Positions 39,381-53,710 of a stretch of 64,000 bases of DNA are shown here, piece by piece. A program made the position numbers and the translations under genes. The stretch is from the NCBI RefSeq assembly GCF_009914755.1, contig NC_060928.1. The stretch is one strand, 5' to 3'. The stretch is from the human T2T-CHM13v2.0 reference genome, Homo sapiens. Within the stretch, counting starts at the first letter, position 1. The number at the start of each line of letters is the position of its first letter. The notes under the pieces are model-generated. The model did not search any database. It was not told the origin of the DNA and saw only the letters and a list, made by a program, of their open reading frames with translations.

Positions 39381-41000
39381 CCGTTTGAGAAAAGGACATC
39401 TAGACTCACATCTCCTTTCAAAATATTGTCATCCATGAGGTCACCTCAAGACTCAAGTGCCACCTGGCAGCTTGAGCCATTTCTCTAAGTTCTTCATTCA
39501 GTTCATTTATAATCCCCTCTGAGTGTTACTTCTCCGCCTTCTCACTTCTTTAGGTTTGTCACAGTCCTCTGAGATGACAGGCTGAGCAGTGGTGATGAGA
39601 ATTATGGTAATATAAATTCCATAAACAGAAGAGTCTACCAGGAGTGGACACAAAGAAGTTCACAGAGGGCGCATCTGGGTGAGAACAGCCCCAGCTGTTA
39701 TAGCATATGTGCAAAATAATGATGTGCCTGCACATCCATGCAGACCTGATCCTAGCTGTTTATAAGAAAGGATAGTTAAATGCAGAAATGCAAATCTGTA
39801 GGCTGGAGTTGCTCTGTTTCCTAAGTCTTAAGAGTTTGGCTCCTTATCTTACACACAAAAATGCAATAGACAAAACCTCCACATAAATAAGCAGCAGGTG
39901 AACTAGCATTTTCTTGCCAAGGTATTATGCAAGTGTTAACTGAGCTGATCAGCAGAAGCACATATCCATCAGTTTCACTGCAGAAAGCAGGAAGAGGAAG
40001 GTGAAGATGAGCAGGCAAGTTAAATGAAAACTCATCTGGCTTGCAGAAGAGACACTTATTGCTCAGAGGAGGAAGGTGCCCAGGGGTCATGAGATGTGAC
40101 AGTACTAACAGAAAATCCTGAGCTTGCAAACTCTGATAAATGTTTAAGATTTAATGGGGAGTGTCCACACAAATGCAAAATGATTTAGAAAAAGGTAAAT
40201 GATCATAACAATGTTAATAACATCTATCAAGCACTTTGCTGAGTATTTTGCTTACATTAATACCCCATTATCTAATCAAACTCATAGGATATGTATGGCA
40301 CACTATTTCATTGAAGAAACAGATTCTTAGAGATGTAAAGTAACTTTCCAAAAGTATAGGTATTTTAGATATATATATTATAGACCTAGCAAATAAGATG
40401 CAAAAATAGAATTTAAACTTAGAACTGCCTAACTTAGAAATTACTATAACCAAATGCTCTACTTCACATCCTGATTGCTGGGGATTCCATTTGAAATAGC
40501 CAGATCATATATAAGTACATATCTGTACACAGAAGTACATCTATTTCTAAAAGAGACTGCTACTTGTCAAATAGTCAGGCAAGTATGTGTTTTGGCTCTG
40601 TGATGTGATAGGACCAGTTTTGAATCTCCTATTTTAACAAAATGTGTTGCTTATTTTTGTTATTTTACATCATGGAAACTTAGTTTGTTCAGCCTGAAGA
40701 GTTTATGATGGCCTCCTGTATTCTTCCTGTAACGTGTTCAAATTCTAGGGTAAAATAAATTTAAAACACAAACCCAGGATGTGTCCTTTTAAGCTCTTAT
40801 AAAGGATATCATGTAGATAAGCCAATAAAAACCACAAAACTCCCAATTTGGTCAAAAGGGACCTTACTGTATTAATATATGCATCCTAATTCATGCAGTC
40901 ACTTAATTTCTCATCATCTTCCTTCTAAACACCATTCCATGCACATTTTATATAGCAACATTGCTGAAAAAAATGCATGGATCCACAAAGATCTCTCATC

Positions 41001-41293
41001 TTTTTTTTTTTTTTTTGAGACTTGCTTTGCCACCCAGGCTGGAGTGCTATGGCATGACCTCAGCTCACTGCAACCTCTGCCTCCTGAGTTCAAGTGATTC
41101 TTGTGCCTCAGCTCCCCCAAGTATCTGGGATTACAGGCATGTGCCACCACACCCAGCTAATTTTTGTATTTTTAGTGAAGATGGGGTTTCTCCATGTTGG
41201 CCAGACTGCTCTTTAACTCCTGACCTCAGGTGATCCACTGGCCTCTGGCTCCCAAAGTGCTGGGATTATAGGCGTGAGCCATTCCACCTGGTC
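41001..41293 (-). mobile_element. Alu (AluSx/Sz-like)
   Basis: Poly-T, full dimer in reverse, TCATC on both flanks. Confidence 0.95.
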
Positions 41294-41699
41294 TCATCCT
41301 TCTTTTCTTGCCTTTGTGGATTCTGTTCTCTCATGATCTTTTCCCTATCTCTTAGTTGTACTACAAGATTCAGTTTGGTCTTCATCTTTTCAGCAAACTT
41401 TCCTTGACTTAGGTATTAGTGTCCATCTCAGCTATTCAGAATCATCCCAGGCATGTTATTATTATCACCACTGTTTAGTGGTAAACAGTGGGAATGGTCA
41501 TAGCATTAGCGGTAGTAGCATTAGTAGCAGCAACAATAATGGAAGAGGTAGTGATACTCATACTTGACCTTAGTGAGTATCTCCAATATGTCAGGCACAG
41601 TACCAGGAACTTTAAATGTATGAACTCTAATCCACTAAAACTACATGAATCAGCATGAATTTATTATCCCCACTTTATGACTGAGGGAAACTGAGTTTC

Positions 41700-42890
41700 T
41701 CTTTTATCAGTGGCTGTTTCTCCCTAATTTTCTGTTTTCATGCTCCCCATTTTTCTCTCTTAAGCACCTTAGATATTTCTTTATTTATCTTGTATTTGTG
41801 TTCTATTGTTTCTCAGATTTCTAAATCATTGATTTCTAGTTTTACCCTTATTAATTCTGTTCTCGTTCCTTGGGATTTATTTTTTTTCTTTTCTAACAGT
41901 TTGAACCTAATTGCTTAATTCACTTAAATTTTCCCATTTTATTAATTCATCTATGTAAGGCCAGTAATTTTCCTCTGAGCAATACCTTAGCTGTGTTCTC
42001 TAGTACCTAAATTTATATTTTATCTATTCTGAGACACAACTTTTTAAGGTCATTTCAACTTATGACATATTTTAGAATTAAGAGATATCTTCATCTAGGG
42101 GTGAATGATATGCATGTTAGTACACTACGCTCCATTTTGATCAATTTCCAATGATTATCAGCCAGGTTACAGTCCTGACATAGCTGATAACTAATGTTGG
42201 AAACTGGATAGACTGGGACATTGTTCCTGTTGGCTTATGTGCCTTATTGATGCTGAAAAGCTAAGTTTAGTTACTGTTTCAAATACCTTTATTTTGTTGA
42301 TCTAAAATATTCTATGAACACTTTCCAAGAAGATCTACCTTTAAAAATTTCAAAATGGGTGTCAACAGCTTGGAAGAGAATTTGGGAGATAATAGTGGAG
42401 CACTCTCCCAACTCAGGCTGCAATACTAATGCACTTAGTGTCACAGTAGGAGAAAAATTCTAACGACTGTAACAGAGTTGAGTCATGGTTTATGGGCAGA
42501 AATTTTCTTGTTAATGAACACAAGAGAACCATGCATCTTACAAATGGTGGTGTCTTAGATTAATAAAAAAATTAATATTTGTTTTCTGTAAGTTTATCGT
42601 GTACCTGAAATTTACAATTTCATTTTCATTTTCATTTTGACCTATGGGCCTTTGAGCAAGTTTTCAAAATCTCCAGGTGAAACTGGCGTTTTTCTTTTCA
42701 GTTTGTTTTTAATTTCCAGCTTTCTTGTATAGAGATCAAAGAGAGTGTTCTATATTTATATATTTAAATAATTTATTGAGGTTTTTGTGGCCTTAATATA
42801 TGGCAGGTTTAATCAATGTTTCCAAGCTATTTGAATAGAAAAAGATTCCCCTCTTTTGAAGAAACGGAGTCCTTATATACTTACAGGAGA
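41700..42890 (-). mobile_element. Highly decayed L1M fragments with a possible Tc2-type (MER104/Kanga-like) insert ending near 42570
   Basis: TTTCCTCTGAGCAATACCTTAGCTGTG and TTGTGGCCTTAATATATGG are L1-like; TGCATCTTACAAATGGTGGTGTCTTAGAT is Tc2-like. Confidence 0.45.
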
Positions 42891-43849
42891 TGTTCGGCAG
42901 CCTTTTATTTAAATGGGGTGATAAATAAAATAAAATTCTAAAATCATTGCAGAAGGTGAAAAATTAAAGAAGGATCCAGATTTGAAGGAGACTATAGTCT
43001 TTAGTAGTCAATAGTGAACCCTCAAATTGAGAGTGTAAGGCAGAGTGTACACTTGAAGAGCTGGATAATATGAACCAAGACTAACAGAAGCTAAAACTAG
43101 ATTTCAGAGTGAAATCAGAAAGAAAGTATCTTGACAACAAAATAATGTCTTATGCCTAGTCTCTCTACTACTCTTGTTCTCAAGTTTGCCTTATTTCAAC
43201 ATTCCCAGTATTTCTGTCTTTAATTTTTACCATTTTTGAGAATCTGAGAACTATCTGTACTATTATTATCCTGACAACTTTCTCCAAATCTATTTTATAC
43301 CAATTCACTCTCACTTGTTATGTAGCTTTGCATTTAGTAAAAATATCCATGAACTAATGGAATTATGTAATGTGTATGTCATTATATATGACTGTTTTTA
43401 AAAGTTTGTCAACATATTTTCTAGAAGAATCTCACTGATCCTTTGTACAATACTGCATAACTTGTAAACACTTATGCTGACTCCAGCCTCTGTGGGAGAG
43501 GAGGTGATCTTGCCCTCAAACTGACTTCAGGGAGGTCAGTCACAAAGGTGACAGCTGGGTAGCCATGGAGTTTAAACTAAGAGTCACTTGAAATAAGTAG
43601 AAGTAAGTACATCAGAGGCTAGACAGAACACTTGAATCAAGAGTCCAAGATGATTTGGAGGTTTTGAGATAGGAAAGTTTAGGGCACATCACTTTGATTT
43701 TGAATTGAGTTCAATAGTTCCTACATTAGGGGTTGGATTTTCAGGAACATAAGAAGGAAAATGTTTCTGCCTATTATTTCTTATACCTAAGGAACAACTG
43801 GGCTATTGAATGAGAATAATGTCCAATACCTTACTGCTGATACTTCCTA

Positions 43850-43930
43850 TTTTTCTCCTTCTCCTTATCTTTTCCTTTCCCCTCCCCTTCTTCCTCTTTT
43901 CTCTTCCTCCTCTTCCTTTTCTTTCTTTAG
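43850..43930. repeat. CT-rich polypyrimidine low-complexity tract
   Basis: Seen directly. Confidence 0.75.
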
Positions 43931-44249
43931 CTAACTTCTTAGTAGTTATTTAGATACACGTTTTCTGTTATCTGCATAATTTGTCATCTTCACAAGATTC
44001 TACATTCATCTCTGAATTTATTGTACTATACTGAGACTCATTCTCAAATATTTAAATCACATTTTATATTGCAATCTTCGTGTGATAGTTTATAACAAAC
44101 CAAATTTATTTCAATAGTTAATTATGGAATAGGTAGACAGATGCTGCTTTGATAGTATGAAAAGTATCACAAATTATATTATTTCAAAAGAAAATTATAA
44201 TTAAATGTCAGCTTCCAACAGTCACATACAAATCTGCATATGATCTGCC

Positions 44250-44462
44250 AATGCAGACAACCCTTAGAATGGTCTTGAAAATCCCATATTAAAGATGATA
44301 GAGTCATCAGATGGAAGGAGCTTGGTCCCCTAAGTCATCACTTGGAAGAGAGCCATTCATTTGCGTATACTTCTTAGGGCTCACAGGTGAGCAAGAAAAT
44401 AAACTATTTGGTTAAACAACTGAAAATTTTTTTAGTTTGTTGCTCACAGGAGTTGGCCTATT
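44250..44462 (+). mobile_element. MLT1J-like LTR 3' part (terminus appears to resume at about 44801)
   Basis: AGATGGAAGGAGCTTGGTCCCC..GTGAGCAAGAAAATAAAC..TTTGTTGC..GGCCTAT. Confidence 0.6.
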
Positions 44463-44469
44463 GTGTGAG

Positions 44470-44800
44470 GCTTAGCAAATATCGGTAGAATGACAGACTG
44501 AGTCAATAAGTAAATGCTGCTACTCAACATTTGTTTCTGCCCATAGAAGCCTAAATTTTTTAGTGGTTTGTTTCTTGTCTCCAACTTAAAAACCCTGACA
44601 TTGGAGATTCTAAGAAATCAACTGATTTAAGACTGCTTCACATAAAGCATCTTTTATGGGGTGAAAACCAAGAAGCATAAAAGCCCACTGCTCTGCTATA
44701 TGACAGTTCCCGTAGGTATAACATAAACCAAGGTCACGTCGGCACTAAGCCAGAGCACAGTATTTTGCATTTTCTGCTAATGCCGAAAAACACATTTAAA
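44470..44800 (+). repeat. Dispersed direct duplication, copy A (of 47284-47615)
   Basis: Hand alignment: about 21 substitutions and 1 indel over 331 bp. Confidence 0.95.
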
Positions 44801-45556
44801 TATCCTGTTACTGAAAAAAAATCTAAATTTTCTTTGAAAATTTTGGATACCAAAGTAGAAACATTAGACCTCGCTTGCATACTGACTAAAAATCAATGCC
44901 CTAAAATTGCTGAGTGCACTCAGAATTATTTGATATGCTGTCCAAACTTGTTTATGAAAATATATTTTGGATGTGAGGTATAAGTCCCCGATTACTCATT
45001 TATCCAAATTGCTAAATGTTTAGAAGACTTCAAAGTAATTTAAATTATTCCTTTTATTGATTTATTACTTTCTTTAATATTCATAATAACTTTTGCTCTT
45101 AACCCTGACCTCATAACATTTGAAGTGCTATGATAATAATTATCTTATATTAATATGCTAATTTCTTCAAACAGTACATTCAACTGAAACTTCTTAAGGT
45201 TTTAACCACTGTAGACTTAATTAGGTTAATTAAAATACTATTCTATTTTATTTTTACTTTGTGATTGCTCCATTATCATATAATGACACTCATAATAGTA
45301 ATAGAATTTATTATTTATTGAGCATATCTTTTCTTCCTAAAACATTAGTTTTATGATTAACTTCATAAAAAAATTAAATAGGTGCATACCCTGTGTGGTT
45401 TTACCTATTCTTTTTTAGTTTAATAAATACCACCCCATAAATGAATACCAACTTATCTTCCAGTCATATATAGTATTAAACCTACCAAATCTATTTAGCT
45501 AAGAGAAATTTACTTGGGCTTGAATATGCTATCCTGGATGCTACACTGTGACTTCA

Positions 45557-46025
<469 letters not shown>

Positions 46026-46417
46026 AACTGCAATTCCATAAATGCAGTATATTCTTTGGTGCCTCTATGCCGTTGCACACTCTGCTTCCTCTGCTGCAGC
46101 TGGCATTCTTTGCCTTGACCACCTAGTTAGCTCCTTCCTCTATTTGGAAATTCTGTCCAGAAGATACCTTTCATTCCTGGTGTCATCATTTGGTATTTTC
46201 TCTTTTGCTTGTCTCTGCTTCTGTCATCATGTGCTACATCCTGCTCTCCATCATTTACTAGTATTCATTTTATGCCAGCCACTTTACTATTCTTACATAT
46301 ATTCTGGAGAATTGTTTTAGAAAACTCACAAGTTTAACATTGTTATCCACATTTTAGAAGCAAGAAAAACTAAACTATTTGTTCACTCTGGCTAATGTGT
46401 AGATTATTAAGAGTTCA

Positions 46418-46715
46418 GGCCGGGCGCGGTGGCTCACGCCTGTAATCCCAGCAGTTTGGGAGAACGAGGTGGGTGGATCACGAAGTCAGGCATTCAAGAC
46501 CAGCCTTGCCAACATGGTGAAACCCTGTCTCTACTAAAGATACAAAAATTAGCCGGGCGTGGTAGCGGGCACCTGTAATCCCAGCTACTTAGGAGGCTGA
46601 GGCAGAGAATTGCCTGAACCCGGGAGGCGGACGTTGCAGTGAGCCGAGATTGCGCCACTGCACTCCAACCTGGGTGACAGAGCGAGACTCCGTCTCAAAA
46701 AAAAAAAAAAAAAAA
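46418..46715 (+). mobile_element. Alu (AluSg-like, CpG-rich), inserted in a MIR
   Basis: GGCCGGGCGCGGTGGCTCACGCC start, A tail, TSD AAGAGTTCA. Confidence 0.96.
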
Positions 46716-47283
46716 AAGAGTTCATGCTAGCTAAATGTGAATTTCTCCTGAATTCTACCTAAGGTCTGTCTGCTTCTAAAGCCCAGTTTTTATATGCTCA
46801 GGTAAATATTTGCTTGTTTCCAGACATATGACAAAACATGGGCATTAACAAAGGAGAAAAAGAAAAACGGAGCAGGAGAGAGAAAATAAGAGAGACTAAG
46901 TAAGAAATTTTAAATAATTTAAATATGGCATCCACCCTTCTACTCAGTGGATGAATGATCAAGACTGCATTAGAATAAAGCAAATCTGCTCATCCGTGCC
47001 ATCTCAACCCCTGGGACCTCATAGAATGTGAGTTTCTTCCAGTTCGAGTATAATGCTAGTATTTAATCACATGTGTTTCTTCTACCTCTTGGCAACTGAG
47101 GGCAAGCAAATGACTTCGTCTTGTACTCAGTTAAAGAAACAGTGACCTTTTCTGAGCATGAAGGTCATACATCCCACACTGGACTAACTCAGGGGCAGTC
47201 CTTCTCTGTGATATTGCACCTTCTTAAAGTACATTTGTCTTGCATACGGATTTTAGAGACCAATTGTTTTGCATGCTGCAGGT

Positions 47284-47615
47284 GCTTAACAAATATCAGT
47301 AGAATGACAGACTCGGTCAATAAATAAACGCTACTACTCAACATTTGTTTCTGCTCATAGAAGCCTAAATTTTTTTCGTGGTTTGTTTCTTGTCTCCAAC
47401 TTAAAGAACCTGACATTGGAGATTCTAAGAGATCAACTGATTTAAGACTGCTTCATATAAAGCATCTTTTATGCGGTGAAAACCAAGAAGCATAAAAACC
47501 CACTGCTCTGCTGTATGACAGTTCCCGTAGGTATAACATAAACCAAGGTCACATCAGCACTAAGCCAGAGCACAGTATTTTGCATTTTCTGATAATGCAG
47601 AAAAACACACTTAAA
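47284..47615 (+). repeat. Dispersed direct duplication, copy B (probable donor)
   Basis: Matches 44470-44800; its start is continuous with an upstream L2-like tail (CAGGTGCTTAACAAATATCAGTAGAATGA). Confidence 0.95.
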
Positions 47616-49458
47616 GCCACAGTACTGTTTGAATAGAACACAAGTACAAGATGAGCCTACGAGTTCATCCAAAATAAATAAAACTACTGTGGGGAAAAGT
47701 TGATTTATTAAATTTCTTTCATCCCAGAAGAATATATTAAGAATATTATTTATATCCTTTGCATATCTTCCTTCTAATTAGATTCCCTTGTGCCATGTTA
47801 AAAATTGATTTAATCTTATTTATTTATATCTTATTTGTAAACTGCTTGCTATGTAATCTATTAATTGCTGTTTCAATTAAATTCTATATATCCATTCATG
47901 CATTTGTTTATCCTCCCATGGATTGTTTCTCATCATAACTCTACATTCAGAATTCTGGAGGCATTTACCCACTGGGAGCAACTACCCTCAAACACCTTGC
48001 TTTTTATTGCTGAAAACCCTTGTACTCTACTGAGAATAAACTACTGATACTCTCCATGTTCTCAGAGTAAATGGATAATTCAGTACAGTTGAACACAATG
48101 TAATTCTAGGTTTTATTCTCCATAAATTGCCTTTTAGCATAGAGATAAAAACTTTATTTAACTAAATGTTTCCCTTTATCCTGACTCATGTAGCAGAACA
48201 AGAATATATAACACAGTAAAAATTCCTTTTGAAGAGTAGTTTTTTAGCTGATTTGGATGCTTTCCAATAAACTCAGTTTTTCACAGAACGCTTAGGTAAG
48301 TAGGGAGATTCATTGAACATTACAACGAGAATTATCAATGGACCTTAACTACAGCTAAATATATAATTTCCAGTTGTAATATAGGTGCCCAAATATGTGT
48401 TGAAATAAAACATATTTACTTGTGTAGTTAAGGGGTAATGTCTATATACCACTGAATTTTACTAGCCATATCTATGAATTTTATCTAGAATACTTAAACA
48501 GTATCAGGGTTCTCAGTGTATGCGTTCTCATGTTTGGAAAGAATAAGGAATGAATCTTTACTGAGCCATGACCTTGAGCCAGAGACTCTTTTAGGCCTTA
48601 TCTATCTCCTTTGATACTAATACTATCACGTTTGAGTATTATTGACCTATGTTCCACATAAAGACACCTCATCTGGGAACATTTAAACACAAGGTTACAA
48701 TGTTAATAGGTGACAGAAACTACATTTAGCTCTGGATATGTCTTGTTTTAAAGCCAGCCTTCTTTGTATACGAAAGTTTTGCTCAAGATATTTAAAAGAA
48801 AATTGTATTTTACAAAATGAAGAATCCCTTGATGGGATTGCTTAATATCAGCTAGATAAAATATTTTTAAAAGTATACTACCGAATATTGTTGCATCAAA
48901 ACTGTATTTGCCCAAGGGTGGCATGGAGAAAACACTCTCCTTTATGTGATTATCCAAAAATTTTCATACAAAGTAAACAAATGTTTAAAATGATCATTCT
49001 CAGCATTCTCCCAAATATTTTTACATTTGCCATGCATACCATGCACACATTTAACGCACACCATTACATCAAAGATGGTAAATGCCCAATCTTACTTCCC
49101 TCTCCTCTAGAAAATCATCTAGGCATTTAGTCAACAAGTACCTTATACAGTGTCAAGGGGAGCCATTAAAAACATGGTATACAGAAATTGGATTTCCTTT
49201 CCTGAGTATTGCAACGAAGAATGGAAGAGAAAAGCCAGGCTGCTAGCATTTCTCCTTTTGTAAGGATATGTCAGCCTATTCAGAGAACAAATGACCCAAG
49301 TCAATGAGTGTGCTGAGAGCTTATGCAGGAGAGCTGACACTCAACTTAAGCTAAACTTATAAACTGTAGTGCATGTTCAATTTATTTTATCTTCTGCATT
49401 TCACTCTGTCACTCCACTTGATGACATTAAGTATAGCCTTGCAAAGGAAATAGTATCT

Positions 49459-49534
49459 ATTTCTGAAAGGTTTAGGTGAAACATCATTATATTTCCATTT
49501 CTGAAAGGTTTAGGTGAAACATCATTATATTTCC
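49459..49534. repeat. Perfect 38-bp tandem duplication
   Basis: ATTTCTGAAAGGTTTAGGTGAAACATCATTATATTTCC twice, no mismatches. Confidence 0.95.
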
Positions 49535-49819
49535 AAACAAAATGAAAACAAGCACCTTGGTAGAGGAACGGCATAAAAACAAACAAGCAGGAGGTCTGTT
49601 ATTTTCAAGGGAATTGACAACTTAAGAAATTCACAGTTCTACATTTAAAATGTCTTTCTTTTTAGGAAAATTCCATGGCCTCTTCTGAAACATCTGGAAA
49701 AGACTATAGACATGTTCTTTGGATGCAAGTTATGGATCCATACAAAACGTATTGATCCTTATATAATAAAACCCACAATATTCGGGGGGAGGTAAAGAAG
49801 ATAGGAAGGTAACGGATGA

Positions 49820-50070
49820 GAGTTTGGCTACAGTCATGCAAATCTGGGTTTTAATTCTGACTTTGCCAGTCTCAAGTCTCTGTAGAATCGGGAAAAGTAT
49901 TTTCAAAGCCTCTGCTCCTTCATCTGTAAAATGAAGATAATAAATAGTACCTATTGTATCTGCACAGTTATTAAAGGGCTTAAATCATAGAATATACCCA
50001 AAATGAAGTTTTGCATAATGCATTCTCAAAGACATTGTTCAGTACATTTTGACTAGCATTATTATTTATA
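49820..50070 (+). mobile_element. MIR
   Basis: CTGGGTTTTAATTCTGAC..CTTCATCTGTAAAATGAAGATAATAAATAGTACCTA. Confidence 0.75.
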
Positions 50071-50215
50071 TTATCACAGCTTGGTTCAGTCCCTCATCAC
50101 TTCTCACTTGAAGAACTGCCTCCTTCAGTCAGTTCATACTAAACATTTGGTCAAACTCATGTGATCCTGTCATTGTCTTAATTATTAACCTCTTACAAAT
50201 ACCCCCTATTTACAC

Positions 50216-50616
50216 AGAATGTTTTTCAAACTCCAGGTCATGATCCATTAATGGGTCATGAACCCAATTTAATGATGAGTCGAGACCAAACTTAAAAGAA
50301 GAAAGAATAAAATGGCATGACTACATAGGGCATAGAAAGATAGAATAGACTACATAGGGCATAGAAGAATAGAATAGAATAGAATAGAATGGAATGGAAT
50401 GGAATGGAATGGAATGGAATGGAATGGAATGGAATGGAATGGAATGGAATGGAATGGGATGGGATATTGTCAGAGAATATGACACATAGCAAAGGTAAAA
50501 CATATTTTTGAAATCATTTATTACAATTAGTATGTACATGTGTGTGTGCTGTACTATAATGTAAAATATATGTTCTTACTTACTAGGTAATATTCAAAGT
50601 CATCTGACAAGCATTG
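50216..50616. mobile_element. Charlie4a/MER80-like hAT element with an expanded internal pentamer tract
   Basis: TGTTTTTCAAACTCCAGGTCATGATCCATTAATGGGTCATGAACCCAATTTA start; element resumes TCAGAGAATATGACACATAG after the repeat. Confidence 0.65.
50366..50465. repeat. (AGAAT)5(GGAAT)13(GGGAT)2 pentanucleotide repeat
   Basis: Seen directly; GGAAT is perfect from 50391 to 50455. Confidence 0.95.
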
Positions 50617-51584
50617 GGCAGGATGATGTCCAACATTAATGCTCTGCTACTCATCTAGCCACTGACCCTGGTCACTCAATATTCAAGACTTAATGAATGG
50701 AAAGTGGAAGATGCATTTTGCCTTCCTTTTGCTTTTGAGGTGAGGTAAGTGGTTTAGTATGATGGAAAGTGGAGTACAATAGGACTTTGATTTTATGAGT
50801 TGGTAATTTTTTTAACCTAATTTTCTGATTCAATAATAGAAATAAATATACTTTAGACTTTAAATGCTAATAATACCCCATCATTGCCCTTCCTATTCTA
50901 TCTTCAGAAAAAGTGAATATAATCATTACTGAAAGTATTATGCACAAAAAATAGGATCAGAAATACAAGTTTAAAAATTTCTGTGACCTGAGATTTTTGT
51001 GTACATATTAGAATAGTATTTTTCCATTTATTGAGTTAAAATGTTTCTTTATGCAAATACCTTTTCAAACAAAGACATTTCCAACACAAATCCATGAATC
51101 CAACTTATAAATAAACTATGAACACTGGACACAATGCATGCAAACAGGACATCTGGAATGAAAATGCACCCTCCTGAGATAACTAGGAAGTCTCCATTTT
51201 ACATTTAGCTAGTCACTCAAGCATGAAGTAGTCTTTTGGGAAGAATGAGAAGAAAGAGGATCAAATATGTTAAAACTAGTGTGTGCACCCATCCTAGATC
51301 ATAGCATTTTTAGTTTCAAAGATTCTCATTGCCTTTCTCACACTAGCAATGCTCATAAATCGGGCCTTTAACTAAAAATCCACAACTGCCCTAATTCTAA
51401 GTGGTAAGAGAGAACTCAAATGCAAAATCAGACTCATGTCCATGCTTATAATGTTTCCATTTCCCCTTTGAAGAAAACCGCCCTCAGTAAAACCAAAAGT
51501 GAATTTTAGTGCATATCCATCATCTTAAAAAAATGGATTTTACAAATTAAGCATTATGAACAATTTGTAAGTGCATTCTAATAC

Positions 51585-51850
51585 TGTACACAGAGTTGAG
51601 AGCCAAGGATTTTAGCATCTGATAAATCTAAAGTTAAATATCTGAGTTCAAGGCCAACTCAACTATTTTCTAGCTTTGTGGATTTAGGAAGTTATTTAGG
51701 CTTGCTGTGCTTCAGGATCCTCATGGGCAAAATTAAGATTAAAATATCTACTTTATAAGGTAGAAGTGATACTTACATAAGGCAATATATATATGAAACA
51801 GTTACTCCAGGATCTGACATACAATAAGTGCTCAATAAATGGTAGCTATT
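51585..51850 (+). mobile_element. MIR, near full length
   Basis: Ends AATAAGTGCTCAATAAATGGTAGCTATT. Confidence 0.75.
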
Positions 51851-52929
51851 AAGGTTGAGAATAGTCATAAAGAAGTCCTAGGAACTAGCTAAATAGTAAA
51901 ATACCAGGATTATATACTCTGCCTTTCACAAAATAAGTGCTATTAGGGAAAATGTTTTAACATCAGCATTTAAAACTATAATATTTTAATGCAATTCCAA
52001 TATAAATTTATGTTTAAAGGGTAAATTTTCATGGTTGAAATACCGAACAAAGCCCATTATAAAAATGTTTTATTTCACCCATTTCTTCTGAGTTCCAAGC
52101 AGGGAAGATAAAGAAAGAAACCAAATGAGTAGATGATTTTACATGATAAACTCGAGAAAAATCAAGATGGTGCTTCAGTGACACACAGAAGTTTCTTACA
52201 CATAGTGATAGTCAAAACTAGTTTACTGAATTAGAACATCATGTAAATATTTCATTATAAGATTTTTTGTGTGTGGTAAAATTTCTGTTCTTTTCTTGCA
52301 TATGTTATTTATGAACATAAAACATGCCTCACTCATCCTCATGAGTCTCCACAATGCCTGGCAGATAGCAGGCACTCAATGAACTTAATTTGAATAATAA
52401 CATAAGATTTATATTACAAGTAAACAAGGATTTACTGCTCAGCAATCTGCATAGCCCATGGTTAGCTACAACCAAACCTTTGAGGTAGCCTGCCTTTACA
52501 TGAGCAGTTGGAAAAATCATTACCCTCATTTTAATTTTCCTTCTCCCATTAACGCTTATACTTCAGTGAGAATAAAGTTAAATGAGTGTCTTTTTCTTCC
52601 TAGGTTGCTTACATTTTTAAACATAAATCTCAGACCTAAAAGTTTTGTTTCCCTTTTGAAAACAAAATTAATTTAGAAAAATGTAATCAGGTTTTAATTT
52701 TTTAATTCATAAAGGGCAACTAATTTCTCAACCTAAATTATAGTACAAATTTACCAAAATTATTTTAGTCATAAAGAATTTGCATACCATAACAGAATCA
52801 TTCTTCGAAAACTTAAAGCCAAATCTAATACACACACATTAAGATTTTAGGAAACTGACAAGCCAGAATATAATTAAGTGAAAATTTAGAGAGTATAGAG
52901 AGCAAATTGGCCAAATTAATTTAAAATAG

Positions 52930-53710
52930 GAAATTAATTGAGCACCTACAATTATTACTAATCCTCAAAATAACCAATTAGCTGGCATTATTCCCCCTTT
53001 AGAGAGAGCAAGGCTCAGACTCAGAGACATGTGGCTCAAGACCATGCAACCAGTGAGGGAAAATTCTAAATTCAATCCTATGTCTGTCAACCTTCAAAGC
53101 TTGATTTCTTTCCACTACACTTTAGTGCTGGAATAAAAACTTGGAAGGAACACACTCACACAAAGAAAGATTGATAGTGATGAGAGGGAGAAAAGTGCGA
53201 ATTTGAAGGAAGATGAAGTAACTTCTTGAAAACGTTTGAGCTTTGTAGAGGAGCAATATACGTAATCCTCTCCAAGCAAGTGTAACCATTTCTTATGAAT
53301 GGCTGAGTTTTATTTTATTTCATTTTTGTAGGAAAAAACTGAGGTGGAGAAAGCAAGTGGCCCAAGGCAAAAATAGCAGTTGAACAAAAAGCTTAACATA
53401 GTGAATACTTACACTTAGCACAGGATTTGCCAAATATAGTTGTTTCATAAACATTTTTGGAACATATAACAGTAATCATTAATAAGTATAGAATGTTCAG
53501 TGACCCCAGTGCTGGGGTAAGCATTTGGCATGTAACTGACATTTCTCATGACAGTGCTATGAGGTGGGTGTTGTTCTCATCTCCATCCTCTGCATGAGGA
53601 TACTGACATTCAGAGAGCTTATGCTGCATGCCCACTTCCCAAGTCGGTAGAGACCTGGCCTGGTCCAGGAACTCTGCTTCAGATCCCCAGATCCTACTTA
53701 CTATGCTTCA
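52930..53710 (-). mobile_element. Two minus-strand MIR fragments (about 52930-53120 and 53470-53710)
   Basis: ATTGAGCACCTAC..ATCCTCAAAATAACC; CTATGAGGTGGGTG..CATGAGGATACTGAC. Confidence 0.6.

Noticed and set aside
49459-49534. 38-bp direct repeat as a CRISPR repeat
   Set aside because: Only two abutting copies, no spacers, no cas genes, and a mammalian context.
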